A DNA stretch of 48,006 nucleotides. It comes from Candidatus Bathyarchaeota archaeon (GTDB lineage Archaea; Thermoproteota; Bathyarchaeia; Bathyarchaeales; Bathycorpusculaceae). The notes beneath the pieces are model-generated. The model worked only from the letters and a program-made list of their open reading frames with translations. It had not been told where the DNA came from and made no database searches. The stretch covers positions 1 through 48,006 of the forward strand of contig CAVYHV010000025.1 of the NCBI GenBank assembly GCA_963768425.1, in the 5' to 3' direction. How positions within the stretch are numbered: position 1 is the first letter of the stretch; every line of letters starts with the position of its first letter. Positions 9,373-19,671 of this stretch are shown here, one piece after another. The position numbers and the translations under genes were made by a program.

Positions 9373-10623
9373 ATGCAACATAGGAGTGCATTTTTGGCTA
9401 TGTGGCGGTTAGGGTTCTTCTTCCATGACGTAGCCTTCGGATTGCTAACCGTCTTCATACCGCTCTATGTCGTTGCTTTTAAGAATACTAGCATTTTAGG
9501 TGGACCACTGCTCGCCCTTGGCGTAATGACTTCAATCGCGATTTTCTGCTCAATCCCCGCTTCGTTTCTCTGGGGGTACCTCTGCGACGCTACCCGTCAC
9601 TACAAAATCTTCATTCTTCTTTCTTTCTCATCGATCGCGACAATCCTTTTCCTCATGAGTCTTCCCTTCGCGCAGAACTTAATCGTATTTGTAGGTTTGT
9701 ATGTGGTTATGCAGATACTTCACGTAGCGCATGAGTCGCCCAAGAATGTGCTTGTCACAGAACATTACAGCCGTAATGACTGGGAGAGAACTTTCGGTAT
9801 TTACGAAGGTATCACCGAAATGGGCACCATCGTCGGTTTAGCGATGGGTATAATTTTGTTTGCGTCTTCACTTGGCTTATCGACCTTAACAACTTACACA
9901 CTTTACCTTTGCAGCGCGTTGAATGTGGTAGCGTTGGTTATGGCGGTTCTACTCGTTGCTGACCCATTGCTGATTTTCGAACGTCGTCTGGTCGGCATCG
10001 AGCGAAAGATGGATTACGTTAATCGCGGGTTTGAAGGTTCATCGAGGCTTATGGATGGCTTGCGGTGGAATGGAAAACTTAAAGAAGACAGATTTACTGG
10101 TTTCGTGTTGGCAATAGTTCTATTCGCTCTCGCCACCAGCCTCTTCTTCACGCCCCTGCCCATCTTCCTGAAAGATGGCTTGCATTTGTCGACAAAGTGG
10201 GTTTACTTTGCGTATATTTTGAACTCTGTTGGGGGGACGACTGGTTACTTCCTGATTGGTCGCAAAGCCCAATCAATGAATATACGAAAACAAATGCCCC
10301 GCTTTGTGCTCCTGCGCAGCATACTTATTTTCTCGCTTGTCGGAGTAATTGTTTTTACTTTCCAGCCTGCAATAATGACGGGGATTTTGCTGATTTTCAT
10401 AGGGTTCGCCTACGCCATGTTCTACATTATGATGCTTTCACTATCAATGGAGGTCATACCTCAGGGAAAAGCAGGGCTCTTCGATGGAATGGTTGGTTTA
10501 GGATCAGCATTTGGCGCCTTCTTCGGGCCATTTCTCGCATTCAACCTGAATTACACGTTTATGTTCATCATAACTGCCGTGGTTTTCTTAGTTGCTTTCT
10601 TAACTTTGAAATTGTTCAGATGA
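9373..10623 (+). CDS. MFS transporter
   Basis: About 12 hydrophobic segments; WGYLCD motif-A-like loop. Confidence 0.85.
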   Translation: MQHRSAFLAMWRLGFFFHDVAFGLLTVFIPLYVVAFKNTSILGGPLLALGVMTSIAIFCSIPASFLWGYLCDATRHYKIFILLSFSSIATILFLMSLPFAQNLIVFVGLYVVMQILHVAHESPKNVLVTEHYSRNDWERTFGIYEGITEMGTIVGLAMGIILFASSLGLSTLTTYTLYLCSALNVVALVMAVLLVADPLLIFERRLVGIERKMDYVNRGFEGSSRLMDGLRWNGKLKEDRFTGFVLAIVLFALATSLFFTPLPIFLKDGLHLSTKWVYFAYILNSVGGTTGYFLIGRKAQSMNIRKQMPRFVLLRSILIFSLVGVIVFTFQPAIMTGILLIFIGFAYAMFYIMMLSLSMEVIPQGKAGLFDGMVGLGSAFGAFFGPFLAFNLNYTFMFIITAVVFLVAFLTLKLFR

Positions 10624-10989
10624 AGCATTTTTGTGGCAGGTTTTGGTCATAAGTACGATGGGCCCTTCCCAGGCTTTTGGGAACCCATTTTTACGTGGGT
10701 TCTTGATGGAAATATTGGGGTACCCTATAGGGTATGTAGCTAAGGGCAGGATTGGTTTTAGGTTGATTCTTTGATTTAGGGTTTGAAATGCAACTTCACA
10801 ATCGAGAAATAAATAACAGAAACTTGGGTGAACGGTTGCTGGCGCTTATTTGGAAAATCTGGAAGAGCCTAATTGACAAGGGGCCAAATTTTTGGTTGCG
10901 GGTTTGCTGAAAAGATGAAGGATGCTTGTAATTTCGCCGAAAAAATGCAAGAAATAGAGGAAAAAATTGGTGAGCTTTGTGCTCGGGTT

Positions 10990-12432
10990 TTATTCTGTGT
11001 GGACTCTGAAGAGGTCGATGTCTTCACGCATGGCTGGCGTCAGTTCAAGGAAGTCTCTTACTGCGCGTTCGACGTCTTTGGACTGCGTTACGTACCGTCC
11101 AACGATGAGAATGTCTGCGCCCTGCTCCAAGGCTTCTTTGGCTGTTTCAGGTACGATTCCGCCTGCAACCGCAATGAGGAATTTCTTGTCTGGGAATGCT
11201 TTGCGTATCATTTGTATGCGTTCGAGCCCGCAGGTCTTTCCGCTTTCCTGATCTATTCCTCTGTGCAGAATGATGATGTCTGGGAACTCCTTGATTGACT
11301 TCACTTTCGCCATCACGTCTTCAACGTTCATCATATCGATGACGGCGTAAATTCCGAGGCGCTTAGCTTCATGCACGAATGCGTCCAATGTTTCGCCCGG
11401 AGCAAGTCCTGAGGCAACAACTGCATCTGCTGTGTCTTCGTAGGCGATGTCAACTTCAACTTTTCCTACGTCAAGGGTCTTGAGGTCCGCAATCATGAAT
11501 GTGTCTTTGGAAACTTGGCGCATGTCGCTGATTACTTTTGTTCCGTACCGTTTGATTAGCGGGGTTCCTGCCTCAATGATGATTCTGTCGCTTCCTGGAA
11601 GCTGAGCCAAAACCTTTTTGGTTTTCTCAATCTCTGGCGCATCCATTGCAATCTGCAAGTATGGCGGTCTCCACAGCCGTGGAACTTTGAATCCCATAAT
11701 TGGGTGTTTTGAACGATCCTTTTCGTAGATGATCTTTTCGTATGATGGATAATTTTTCAGTGCCCTTTGAAGCGCCATTTTTGTTGCGCCGTAATTGTAC
11801 TGGTAGATTCTTCTGTAATCGGTTGCTTGGGGATGGATGAATACGCTACATATTATGACCCAGTCGTCAAGGTGCTCGCGGGGGATGATGCCTTCCTCGG
11901 TGGAATCTGCGATGGCCTTAGCAACTGCTGCTTGTGCGGGACCAAAAATCTTTCCGGTGTCCGCCATGTTCTTGACGGTTACTTTTGGCACGATTAGTGT
12001 GTGGGGTTTAGGCGGCAAATTAGGTCTGATAACTGCCAAGAGCGGTGTATGACCTGCGGAAAGGTTTGTCATGCCGTTGGCGAATGCATGGCCTACTGGG
12101 CCATCTTTGTCGCCGATCATTAGGTCAATGTGGGCAACTTCGTTGCCTTCCCCAACCAAGGATTCGCCGATTAAGTAAGTGCTTCCGGAACTTTCTTCTG
12201 GAGCATCTGCAGCGGCTGTCGGTATATGGTCAACGATTTCTTTAAAATCGACACTAAACTCCTTCAGCCAACTATAAAGTGTATCTCTATGAATATCCAT
12301 TTCCTTTGCCGTTCCGATAACTGTCGGTTTTGCCGGCTTATTCTTTGTTCCAACCTCTTTTTTTGCTGCTTCCGTCAACACTTTCACAAGTTCTTCTCGA
12401 GTTTCTGGCTTCTTAATATCTGCTCCCGACAT
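10990..12432 (-). CDS. fae-hps: Bifunctional formaldehyde-activating enzyme / 3-hexulose-6-phosphate synthase with extra N-terminal HTH-like domain
   Basis: Fae: IGESLVGEGNEVAHIDLMIG, GPAQAAVAKA, YNYGATK; Hps: LQIAMD, EAGTPLIK, ADLKTLD, HRGID, VAGG, IVGR. Confidence 0.93.
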   Translation of the reverse strand: MSGADIKKPETREELVKVLTEAAKKEVGTKNKPAKPTVIGTAKEMDIHRDTLYSWLKEFSVDFKEIVDHIPTAAADAPEESSGSTYLIGESLVGEGNEVAHIDLMIGDKDGPVGHAFANGMTNLSAGHTPLLAVIRPNLPPKPHTLIVPKVTVKNMADTGKIFGPAQAAVAKAIADSTEEGIIPREHLDDWVIICSVFIHPQATDYRRIYQYNYGATKMALQRALKNYPSYEKIIYEKDRSKHPIMGFKVPRLWRPPYLQIAMDAPEIEKTKKVLAQLPGSDRIIIEAGTPLIKRYGTKVISDMRQVSKDTFMIADLKTLDVGKVEVDIAYEDTADAVVASGLAPGETLDAFVHEAKRLGIYAVIDMMNVEDVMAKVKSIKEFPDIIILHRGIDQESGKTCGLERIQMIRKAFPDKKFLIAVAGGIVPETAKEALEQGADILIVGRYVTQSKDVERAVRDFLELTPAMREDIDLFRVHTE

Positions 12433-12648
12433 TTAATTTGCCCTCTGGTCTTTTTTGTGCACTACCTAATATATAAAAATGTCGGAGAATTAGAAAAACA
12501 ATGAAGGTTTCCCCAACGATTTTAGCGCTTTGTTGCCGCTTTGATGTTGCATCATTCGGGGAACCGCGTTTTTCTCTTTACCGAAAGATTTGGCGTTAAA
12601 TCTATATACCTTGAAGTTTTATCTGTTCCATCCCGCGAGGTAGGTTTG

Positions 12649-12852
12649 ATGTCTTGGACTGACTATGCATGTTTGGGCGCTTTCATTCTGGGGTTTTTGC
12701 TGTTCATAGTGGGCGCAAACATCTACAATGCAATCGTTGGCTACGGTGGCCTATACCTGTCGATCGGTGCAATCATGGCGTACCTCATTATATTCATATA
12801 CAAAGAATTCACTAAGCAACCTGATCAGCAACCGTTGACTACAACCACTTAA
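12649..12852 (+). CDS. Small two-TM membrane protein
   Basis: MSWTDYACLGAFILG...; two hydrophobic stretches; GAGGTAGG upstream of ATG 12649. Confidence 0.65.
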   Translation: MSWTDYACLGAFILGFLLFIVGANIYNAIVGYGGLYLSIGAIMAYLIIFIYKEFTKQPDQQPLTTTT

Positions 12853-14375
12853 AAACCGTAGATCGCGCCGTATTTCTCGTTCAAGTAAGACATGAAAGCC
12901 TCACAGTTCAAGTTTTTCCCTGTTGCTTTCTTGATTAGTTCCTCTGGTTCGTAAAGGTTGCTTTGGCATTGAACGTGTTTTTTCAGCCATCCATTGGGCT
13001 GGTTTAGCTTCCCCTTTGCAAGTTCGATTCGCCATTCTGGCATGTCTTTATTTAACGCCGCTAGTATTTGCCCGCTATAGATGTTGCCGAGCGCGTAACT
13101 TGGGAAGTAACCATAAAGGCCGCTTGCCCAATGGGTATCCTGCATTACTCCTTCAGAGTCATCCTGAACTTTTATGCCCAAGTAGTCAGCATATTTCTGG
13201 TTCCAAATTTCAGGAAGTTCGTCGACTTTGATTTTGCCGGAGAACAGGTCTCTTTCAATTTCGAAGCGGACGACGATATGCAGATTGTAGGTTACTTCGT
13301 CGGCTTCTATCCGTATTTTTGAGAGCTCAACCTTGTTGATCGCCTTCACAAACTTGTCCACTTCAAGGTTTGAAAGGCTAGGCGCTATTTTTTTGATTTT
13401 AGGCGTAAGACCCATCCAGAATTCTTTTGAGCGTCCGATTATGTTTTCGTAGAAGCGCGATTGTGATTCGTGTATGCCAAAAGAGCATGGGGACCCTATC
13501 GGCTGAAACTTCCATTTAGGGTTAAGGTTCTGCTCGTACTTAGCATGCCCACTTTCGTGAAGAACAGAAAAGATCGAGCTTGCAAAATTGTTCGAGTAAT
13601 AATGCGTTGTTATGCGAACATCATCGTAGTAACCTTCAGTAAAGGGATGTTCCGTTTCGTCAATTCTTCCTCGCGCCTCAGGAGAAGAAGTGTCGTAACC
13701 TAAAGCATGAGTCAGAAGGTGCGCAATTTGCCGTTGGTTCTCAATTGGAACTGGCTGGCGAAGTATTGATGTTTCAGGTTTGCTTTCGCTGGATTGAATT
13801 TTATTTATAAGCTGTTTTAATCCGCTTTGAAGCTTGTTAAACGTTGAAGTAATTGTTGATGCGGTCATTTTGGGTTCAAAATTGTCGATCAAAGCTTCAT
13901 ACGGCGTTTTGGTTTCCTTCACTTTCATGAGAATTTCTGACGCTTCAAAGCTTAAGTCCAAAAGCTTCTGTAAGGAGGGTTTGAAAACGCTGAAGTTCTT
14001 TTGAGACTTAGCCTTCTTCCAAACATTTACAGTTATTGCTTCTTGTTTGGCAATTTCAGCGACCAATTTTTCCGGCAGGCTTGTTTGCTCCCGGTAACTT
14101 TTATTGATTAGGTAGACGTTTCGTTTTTCAGCTTGCCTCATCAATTCGAACTCAGGGTTCGCTTGTATGGCGCTTAGTAGGTTCCCGATTTTTGGGTTGG
14201 TGCTCATTTGATGATTGATACGAGTTAGTAGGGACAACTGCATGCTTCTTTGTTCAACGGCTCCGGGCGGCATCATGGTTTCCATGTCCCAATGAATTAT
14301 ACCTTCGGCTGTTACTAGAACAGAAATATCTTCAATTTTCGATAAAAGTTCTTTATAAGCGCTGGAGCAGTTCAT
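12849..14375 (-). CDS. Carboxypeptidase, family M32
   Basis: HPF, DVRITT, HESGH (HExxH), HESQ, IRIEAD, QDTHW, GYFPSY. Confidence 0.95.
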   Translation of the reverse strand: MNCSSAYKELLSKIEDISVLVTAEGIIHWDMETMMPPGAVEQRSMQLSLLTRINHQMSTNPKIGNLLSAIQANPEFELMRQAEKRNVYLINKSYREQTSLPEKLVAEIAKQEAITVNVWKKAKSQKNFSVFKPSLQKLLDLSFEASEILMKVKETKTPYEALIDNFEPKMTASTITSTFNKLQSGLKQLINKIQSSESKPETSILRQPVPIENQRQIAHLLTHALGYDTSSPEARGRIDETEHPFTEGYYDDVRITTHYYSNNFASSIFSVLHESGHAKYEQNLNPKWKFQPIGSPCSFGIHESQSRFYENIIGRSKEFWMGLTPKIKKIAPSLSNLEVDKFVKAINKVELSKIRIEADEVTYNLHIVVRFEIERDLFSGKIKVDELPEIWNQKYADYLGIKVQDDSEGVMQDTHWASGLYGYFPSYALGNIYSGQILAALNKDMPEWRIELAKGKLNQPNGWLKKHVQCQSNLYEPEELIKKATGKNLNCEAFMSYLNEKYGAIYGF

Positions 14376-14497
14376 TTTTGGTCACTTCTGATTTATAGTG
14401 AAATTCGGTGTATTTATTTTTCACTTAGGCTGGCTAACGCTTATCTGATTGGAGGCTCTACAAATGTTAATAGTCGAATTGTTGAAGGAAAAATCAA

Positions 14498-15194
14498 ATG
14501 AGTAACGCAAGTAATGTAGAATCCAGTAAGACATTAGCTGGCCTTGGCTCCATACTCTTAATACTCACACCTATCCCATACGCAGGTGTAGTTTTAGGTA
14601 TAATTGGTGCTATCCTGCTATTAATTGGAATTAAGGGTCTCGCAAGTTACTATCAAGACAACGGAATCTATGAAAACGCAGTGATGGGCGTTGTATTCTT
14701 AATAATCGCCGTAATAGCGTTTGCAGTTGCCATTGCGGCATTGGCAATCGGTTTCGCAACTTTAATCGGATTTCGGCCTGGGCATCCTAGCATTTTTGGC
14801 GGGTTTGGTCATTGCTTTCGTTTTCTATCTAGTTGCAGCCATGCGCTTAAGAAAAACTTTCGACACGCTTGCACAGAAATCGGGAGAACAATCGTTTACG
14901 ACCGCCGGGACTTTACTTTGGTGGGGCGCCATTCTGACAATAGTTCTTGTTGGCTTTATACTGATATTCCTCGCTTGGATATTTGCCACTGTAGGCTTCT
15001 TCTCCATGAAAGCGCAACAGCAACAACCTTATTCTTCACAACCGTACGTCTCGCCACCGCCATCTGTTCCTCCAATAGCCTCGCCCACTGCAACTCCAAC
15101 GACGATGGCACGTTATTGCCCTAACTGCGGTGCGCCGGTAGCACCAGATGCAACTTTTTGCTCCCACTGCGGAAAACAATTGCCACCAGCTTAA
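14498..15194 (+). CDS. DUF996-like membrane protein with C-terminal zinc ribbon, split by a +1 frameshift at about 14771-14773
   Basis: SKTLAGLGSILL N-terminus; continues in the next frame with FTTAGTLLWWGAILTI...CPNCG...CSHCG; removing one T from TTT joins the frames. Confidence 0.8.
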
Positions 15195-15271
15195 AACCTG
15201 TTTTGTTTTTTATTTTTTATTTAGCAATTTAATAGATAACCGTCATGCCACAGATATGGAAAACAGATTCT

Positions 15272-16757
15272 TTAGTTCGGGCTTGAGGTTTGGGCTTTGT
15301 TTTTAGGGAATTTGTAGTTTTTGGCTAATAGACTCAGAGCGAGTATGATAAACATTAAAGTGATGCCAATTGCGAAAATTGTGTTGAAGGCTGTTTTGTC
15401 TCCGAACTTAATGGCATATGGCGGCACGGGTAGCTTTACAGTGGCGTAGTAGGTTGATATTATCGTTGTAGCAAGTACGGGGCCTATAGCTCCTCCTAAG
15501 TTTCTTAACATAGTGTTCATCCCTAAACCTACTGCTGTGTTTTCTTTAGGCACTGAAACCGAAATCATGTTCACTATGGGGATGATCAGGGAGACGAGTC
15601 CAATGAGGCTGAATGCTACATCAATGGTTAGTTCCATTGTAGTTCCCCTAAAGAACGTAAAAAGCAACAGACCAACGATGCTCACTGATGCTCCCAACGC
15701 GAGTATAGGTTTAGGTCCAATTCTAGTTACAAGCCTGCCCATAACAGGCCCCACAATAAGCATCACAAGCGTTGCTGGGGCAAGCGTCAATCCCGTAGTA
15801 ATGATGTCGAGTCCTAACCCGTAGGGTCTTCGGGTACTGAGCGTAATAGATGACAGCGAAAAACAAAAGAAACATTCCCATACTGGATAGTATGCCAACC
15901 AAGTTTGCGACAAGAACGTTCCTGATCTTCAGGAGCCCCAAATTAATAAGCGGGCTTGGGCGGGTGTTTTCAAACACAAAGAAGCTGACGATCAAGATTA
16001 AGCCAGGTATAAGGAAAGCAATGTTTTCCAGTGACAACCAACCCAAGTTGGGCGCTTCTGTCAGGTAAAGCAGTACAAGAACTATGCCCGCCATAAGCAT
16101 TGTTGCGCCCGTGAAATCTACTTTGCTTTTCATGCCAGGCACATCTTTTTTGAGCATGACGGCGACGATAAGGAACAAGATGATACTCAGTATGAACGCC
16201 GTGTGGAAAGCCCATTCCCAACTGAGATCTTGAACGATATATGCCCCTATGATTAAGCCTGCGGCAGCTCCTATAGCGAAAGTTCCGCTTATGATGCCTT
16301 GTGCAGTAGCTACCCGCTCTTTGGGGAAAATGTCAGTGATAATCGCTAAGCCTAATGGAACAACAGCGAAGCCTACGCCTTGGACAGCTCTTGAAGCAAT
16401 CAGCATGTAGATGCTTGTCGAAAACCCAGCTAATCCTACGCCTGCAATGTAAAACAGCAGGACTGTGAGAAAAATCTTCTTCTTGCCATATATGTCGCCT
16501 AGTTTCCCGAAAAGCGGCGAAACCGCTGCTCCGACGATTAGGAAAGCGGAGGTTATCCATGAGGCGATTGTGTCTGTGGTTGAAAAATGGTTTTGGATGG
16601 TTGGGATTCCTGGGATAACCATCGTTTCAACGTAGTTGATCAAGAGTGCGACTGAGGTTACGGTCAATAGGACTTTTGTAGGGTAGCTTAATCGGCTGTT
16701 TGTCGGGATACTGTTTGCTGGGGTTGCTGTGTTTGTGTTCATTTTTGGCACCGTCAT
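15272..16757 (-). CDS. MFS drug-efflux-type (DHA2-like) transporter, split by a +1 frameshift at about 15827
   Basis: GKLGDIYGKK motif A, RAVQG; YAQYPK joins PYGLGL if one base is removed. Confidence 0.85.
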
Positions 16758-16899
16758 CTGAAAATAGCAACTCAGTCAATTAATATACTTATTGAAAAGG
16801 CGGAATGGCACTTTTCTGATTCAGCAATTTCTCCACTAAAATGCAGTTTTGTCTATTACTATTGCATAATTCAGTGGAACTAAAATAAAGGCTCCTAAA

Positions 16900-16975
16900 T
16901 GCTCCTGCCGGGATTTGGACCGGGTCGCCGACTCGAAAGCCGCAGGCATACTTGACCGGACTATACTACCGGAGC
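16900..16975 (-). tRNA. Degenerate tRNA-Glu(TTC) (pseudo-tRNA or error-containing copy)
   Basis: Minus strand GCTCCGG TAGTATAGTCCGGTCAAGTATG CCTGCGG CT-TTC-GA GTCGG CGAC CCGG TCCAAAT CCCGG CAGGAGC A; archaeal tRNA-Glu-like, but with defects in the anticodon stem, T-arm and acceptor stem. Confidence 0.75.
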
Positions 16976-17044
16976 GCTTTTGCTAGAAGCATCAAGCAGA
17001 ATGCTTTTTCCCTCGAATAAACCTTACCCTTCCAGAACTTGATC

Positions 17045-17557
17045 TCAGCTAGCTTGGGGTTTTTTGGTTGCAGACTTAGGTTTAAACAAAAATCCCGTTA
17101 TCTGTTCGACAAGCTTAGCTTGGGTTTTCACGGTTTTTTCAAGTTCTTGGATTCTTTTTTCCATGTCGTTTGAGAGGATTTTCCCTTCGATTCTGTTTGC
17201 TGAGCGGAACATCAGCAGCATTTTGAAGACATCAGCGATTGCTTTTTCCTGCTCCTCGGCAGATGCGGGTTTTATTCCGGCTATTACGGAAAGTTGATCG
17301 ACGTAATGTTCTTTGATTTTGAGTTCTGCGTTCACTGAAGGGTCAGTTGGAAACGAGATGCTGAACGGCGTTTGCTTAGCTAATTCCGCTGCTGTTGGGA
17401 AACGGATTATTATGTCTCCTCTTATCCAGGAGGCAACGAATTCAGTCACGTAGCGTCGAATATCAGCTGGACTGAAAAGCAGCGAAGGTTCAATTTTGGT
17501 TTCAGGTTTTCCTTTGATCCTCACGCTAATGACTTTTTTGTCTGGGCTGCTCGACAT
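17045..17557 (-). CDS. Hypothetical protein with C-terminal coiled coil
   Basis: 170-aa ORF; MEKRIQELEKTVK heptads; family not recognised. Confidence 0.7.
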   Translation of the reverse strand: MSSSPDKKVISVRIKGKPETKIEPSLLFSPADIRRYVTEFVASWIRGDIIIRFPTAAELAKQTPFSISFPTDPSVNAELKIKEHYVDQLSVIAGIKPASAEEQEKAIADVFKMLLMFRSANRIEGKILSNDMEKRIQELEKTVKTQAKLVEQITGFLFKPKSATKKPQAS

Positions 17558-17638
17558 CGCTTAATCCTTCCCATCAACAGTTCTTCTGCTTTTCTTCTTA
17601 GCATCAACTAGTATTTAAGAAAAGATGCAGCAAAGATG

Positions 17639-18925
17639 CTAAAAAGAGATTTTTGCCGCTGACGGAATTTTGCCTAAAATCTTCCTCGTTGCCTTCTCCA
17701 CCTTGTCACGATCAGTCTCGTTAGTGTATACCCGCAGGATGTTCATGAATCCTTTAAGGGTTTCAAAAATCTTCGACATCTCGCTAAGGCGTTCCTGGCT
17801 TCTTTCGCCCGCTTGGTTCTTGGTGAAGACCGGAATTTCCATAGATTCCATGAGCACTGCGTGGTGGTAGGGTACAGAGGGCACTGTAGGCACGTCGATT
17901 ATGACGGATTCGATATTGACGCTTGCTTCTTTAGCGATTTCGCTTTGCATTTGGCGGCGGTAGGATTCCCTGCCGAAAATGTTGCTTATCATGGTGTCTT
18001 TATTGTAGAAAGTGCGTTCGTAGGCGCACTTTAGCATTTTGCGTCTTTCAAGGTCTTCGATTATTCCTTTAGAAGCTGCGCATTTCTTTAGTGCAGTCCA
18101 AACTGAGTAGTCATCAAGAGCCATGTACTCTTCCGGACTCTTGAACGCTGTCAACCCTAATTCATTGTTGGCTTTTTCCATTGCGGTTGCCAGCATGATT
18201 TGTGCTGCTCTTCCGACGCGGTGGAAATAGATGCTCTTGAAAGATTCAATGCGAGCAATCATGAAAGCTTCAAGGGCTGAGAGGGCGCCAAGTTCCACTG
18301 CCAAATTTTCGCCTAAGACATCAAGCGCATGGATGAGTCGATAAACATCGATGAAGCCATATTCTGCGCCTGTGTGGTAAGTGTCCCGAACGATGAAATC
18401 TTGTTTGTCAACGTCTACGGCGCTGCTGATTATCTGGTCCAAGAACGCTTTGCCTGGCTTGTGGAGTTTTCCGACGGCGAGGCCTGCCACTTCATTGGGT
18501 TTGTACCCCATTTTTGAAAGTTTGTCGCCGACTTCGCTTTTCTCAATAATCCACGAGGTGATGTCTTCATGTGTTTTCTCCAAATCTTTAATCAGCAGTT
18601 GCTCAAACACGTGTGAAAATGGTCCGTGCCCTGCATCATGGAGCAACGCGGCGATCCTACACATGTCAACTTCCTCTTTGTCAAGAAGCCTCGAAACATT
18701 AGGGTTCTCCAAAACTTTACCTGCCAAATACATCACGCCAACGCAGTGTTCAAAACGTGTGTGGTTCGCCCCGGGGTAAACGAATTCTGACCCTGCCAGC
18801 TGCCTCAGGCGCCTCAGTCGCTGCATCGGATATGAGTCGATTACGCTTTTTTCTTCTTCAGAAATGTACACGTACCCGTGCACAGGATCCTTTATTTCTC
18901 CCCAGTAAGCATTGGGCACAAGCAA
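17639..18925 (-). CDS. HD-domain phosphohydrolase (SAMHD1/dNTPase-like)
   Basis: DPVHG, QRLRRLRQL, HTRFEH, LLHDAGHGPFSH, DVDKQD..RD. Confidence 0.92.
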   Translation of the reverse strand: MLVPNAYWGEIKDPVHGYVYISEEEKSVIDSYPMQRLRRLRQLAGSEFVYPGANHTRFEHCVGVMYLAGKVLENPNVSRLLDKEEVDMCRIAALLHDAGHGPFSHVFEQLLIKDLEKTHEDITSWIIEKSEVGDKLSKMGYKPNEVAGLAVGKLHKPGKAFLDQIISSAVDVDKQDFIVRDTYHTGAEYGFIDVYRLIHALDVLGENLAVELGALSALEAFMIARIESFKSIYFHRVGRAAQIMLATAMEKANNELGLTAFKSPEEYMALDDYSVWTALKKCAASKGIIEDLERRKMLKCAYERTFYNKDTMISNIFGRESYRRQMQSEIAKEASVNIESVIIDVPTVPSVPYHHAVLMESMEIPVFTKNQAGERSQERLSEMSKIFETLKGFMNILRVYTNETDRDKVEKATRKILGKIPSAAKISF

Positions 18926-18991
18926 TCCTCCAACTGCAAGTTATATTTATTTATCTCCCTATAATGTTAACGCTGACTAGGGTTGCAAAAA

Positions 18992-19594
18992 ATGAGTGAG
19001 AAAGGGATGTTTATTTGTGTTGAAGGCTTAGATGGTAGCGGAAAAACCACACAGGCCCAAATCCTGACGGAACGACTCGGCAAAAACTACGGTACAGTTT
19101 TGACGGCTGAGCCAAGCCGAGGCAAAACGGGGACCTACATCCGCGAAGGCTGCCTCTACGAAGAGAAACGTTTGCCAACCGCGGCTGAAGCATTGCTATT
19201 TGCAGCTGACAGAATAGAACACGTTGAAAACGAGATTAAACCCGCCTTAGAGCAGGGAAAGGTTGTGATTTGCGACCGATACATCTACTCGTCATATGCT
19301 TATCAGGGTAGCGCCGGCCTTAATTTAGGTTGGATCAAAAGAATTAATTCTTATGCTCTTAAGCCTGATTACTCCGTTTTTATCGATGTGACTCCTGAAC
19401 GAGTACTTGAGAGGTTGCGAAGAAAGAAGTCCGTGATGGAGACCTTGCAAATTCAGCGGAATGTTCGCGAAGTCTACTTAAGCTTTGTGAGAAAGGGGGA
19501 GCTTGCCTTGATTAACGGGGAAGGAACACGAGACGAGGTAGCTGATTCCCTGTTTTCCAATTTTCAAAGTTTCCTTGCTAGCCGCTTGAAATAG
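18992..19594 (+). CDS. tmk: Thymidylate kinase
   Basis: EGLDGSGKTT P-loop, LLFAADR, DRY..SS.AYQG. Confidence 0.95.
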   Translation: MSEKGMFICVEGLDGSGKTTQAQILTERLGKNYGTVLTAEPSRGKTGTYIREGCLYEEKRLPTAAEALLFAADRIEHVENEIKPALEQGKVVICDRYIYSSYAYQGSAGLNLGWIKRINSYALKPDYSVFIDVTPERVLERLRRKKSVMETLQIQRNVREVYLSFVRKGELALINGEGTRDEVADSLFSNFQSFLASRLK

Positions 19595-19671
19595 CGTTTG
19601 CCCAAAGGCAAAAAACCCATTCCCCACAACAGAGCTGCAGAAGAAAAGGAAAATACAAGGGTTTTTGGCTT

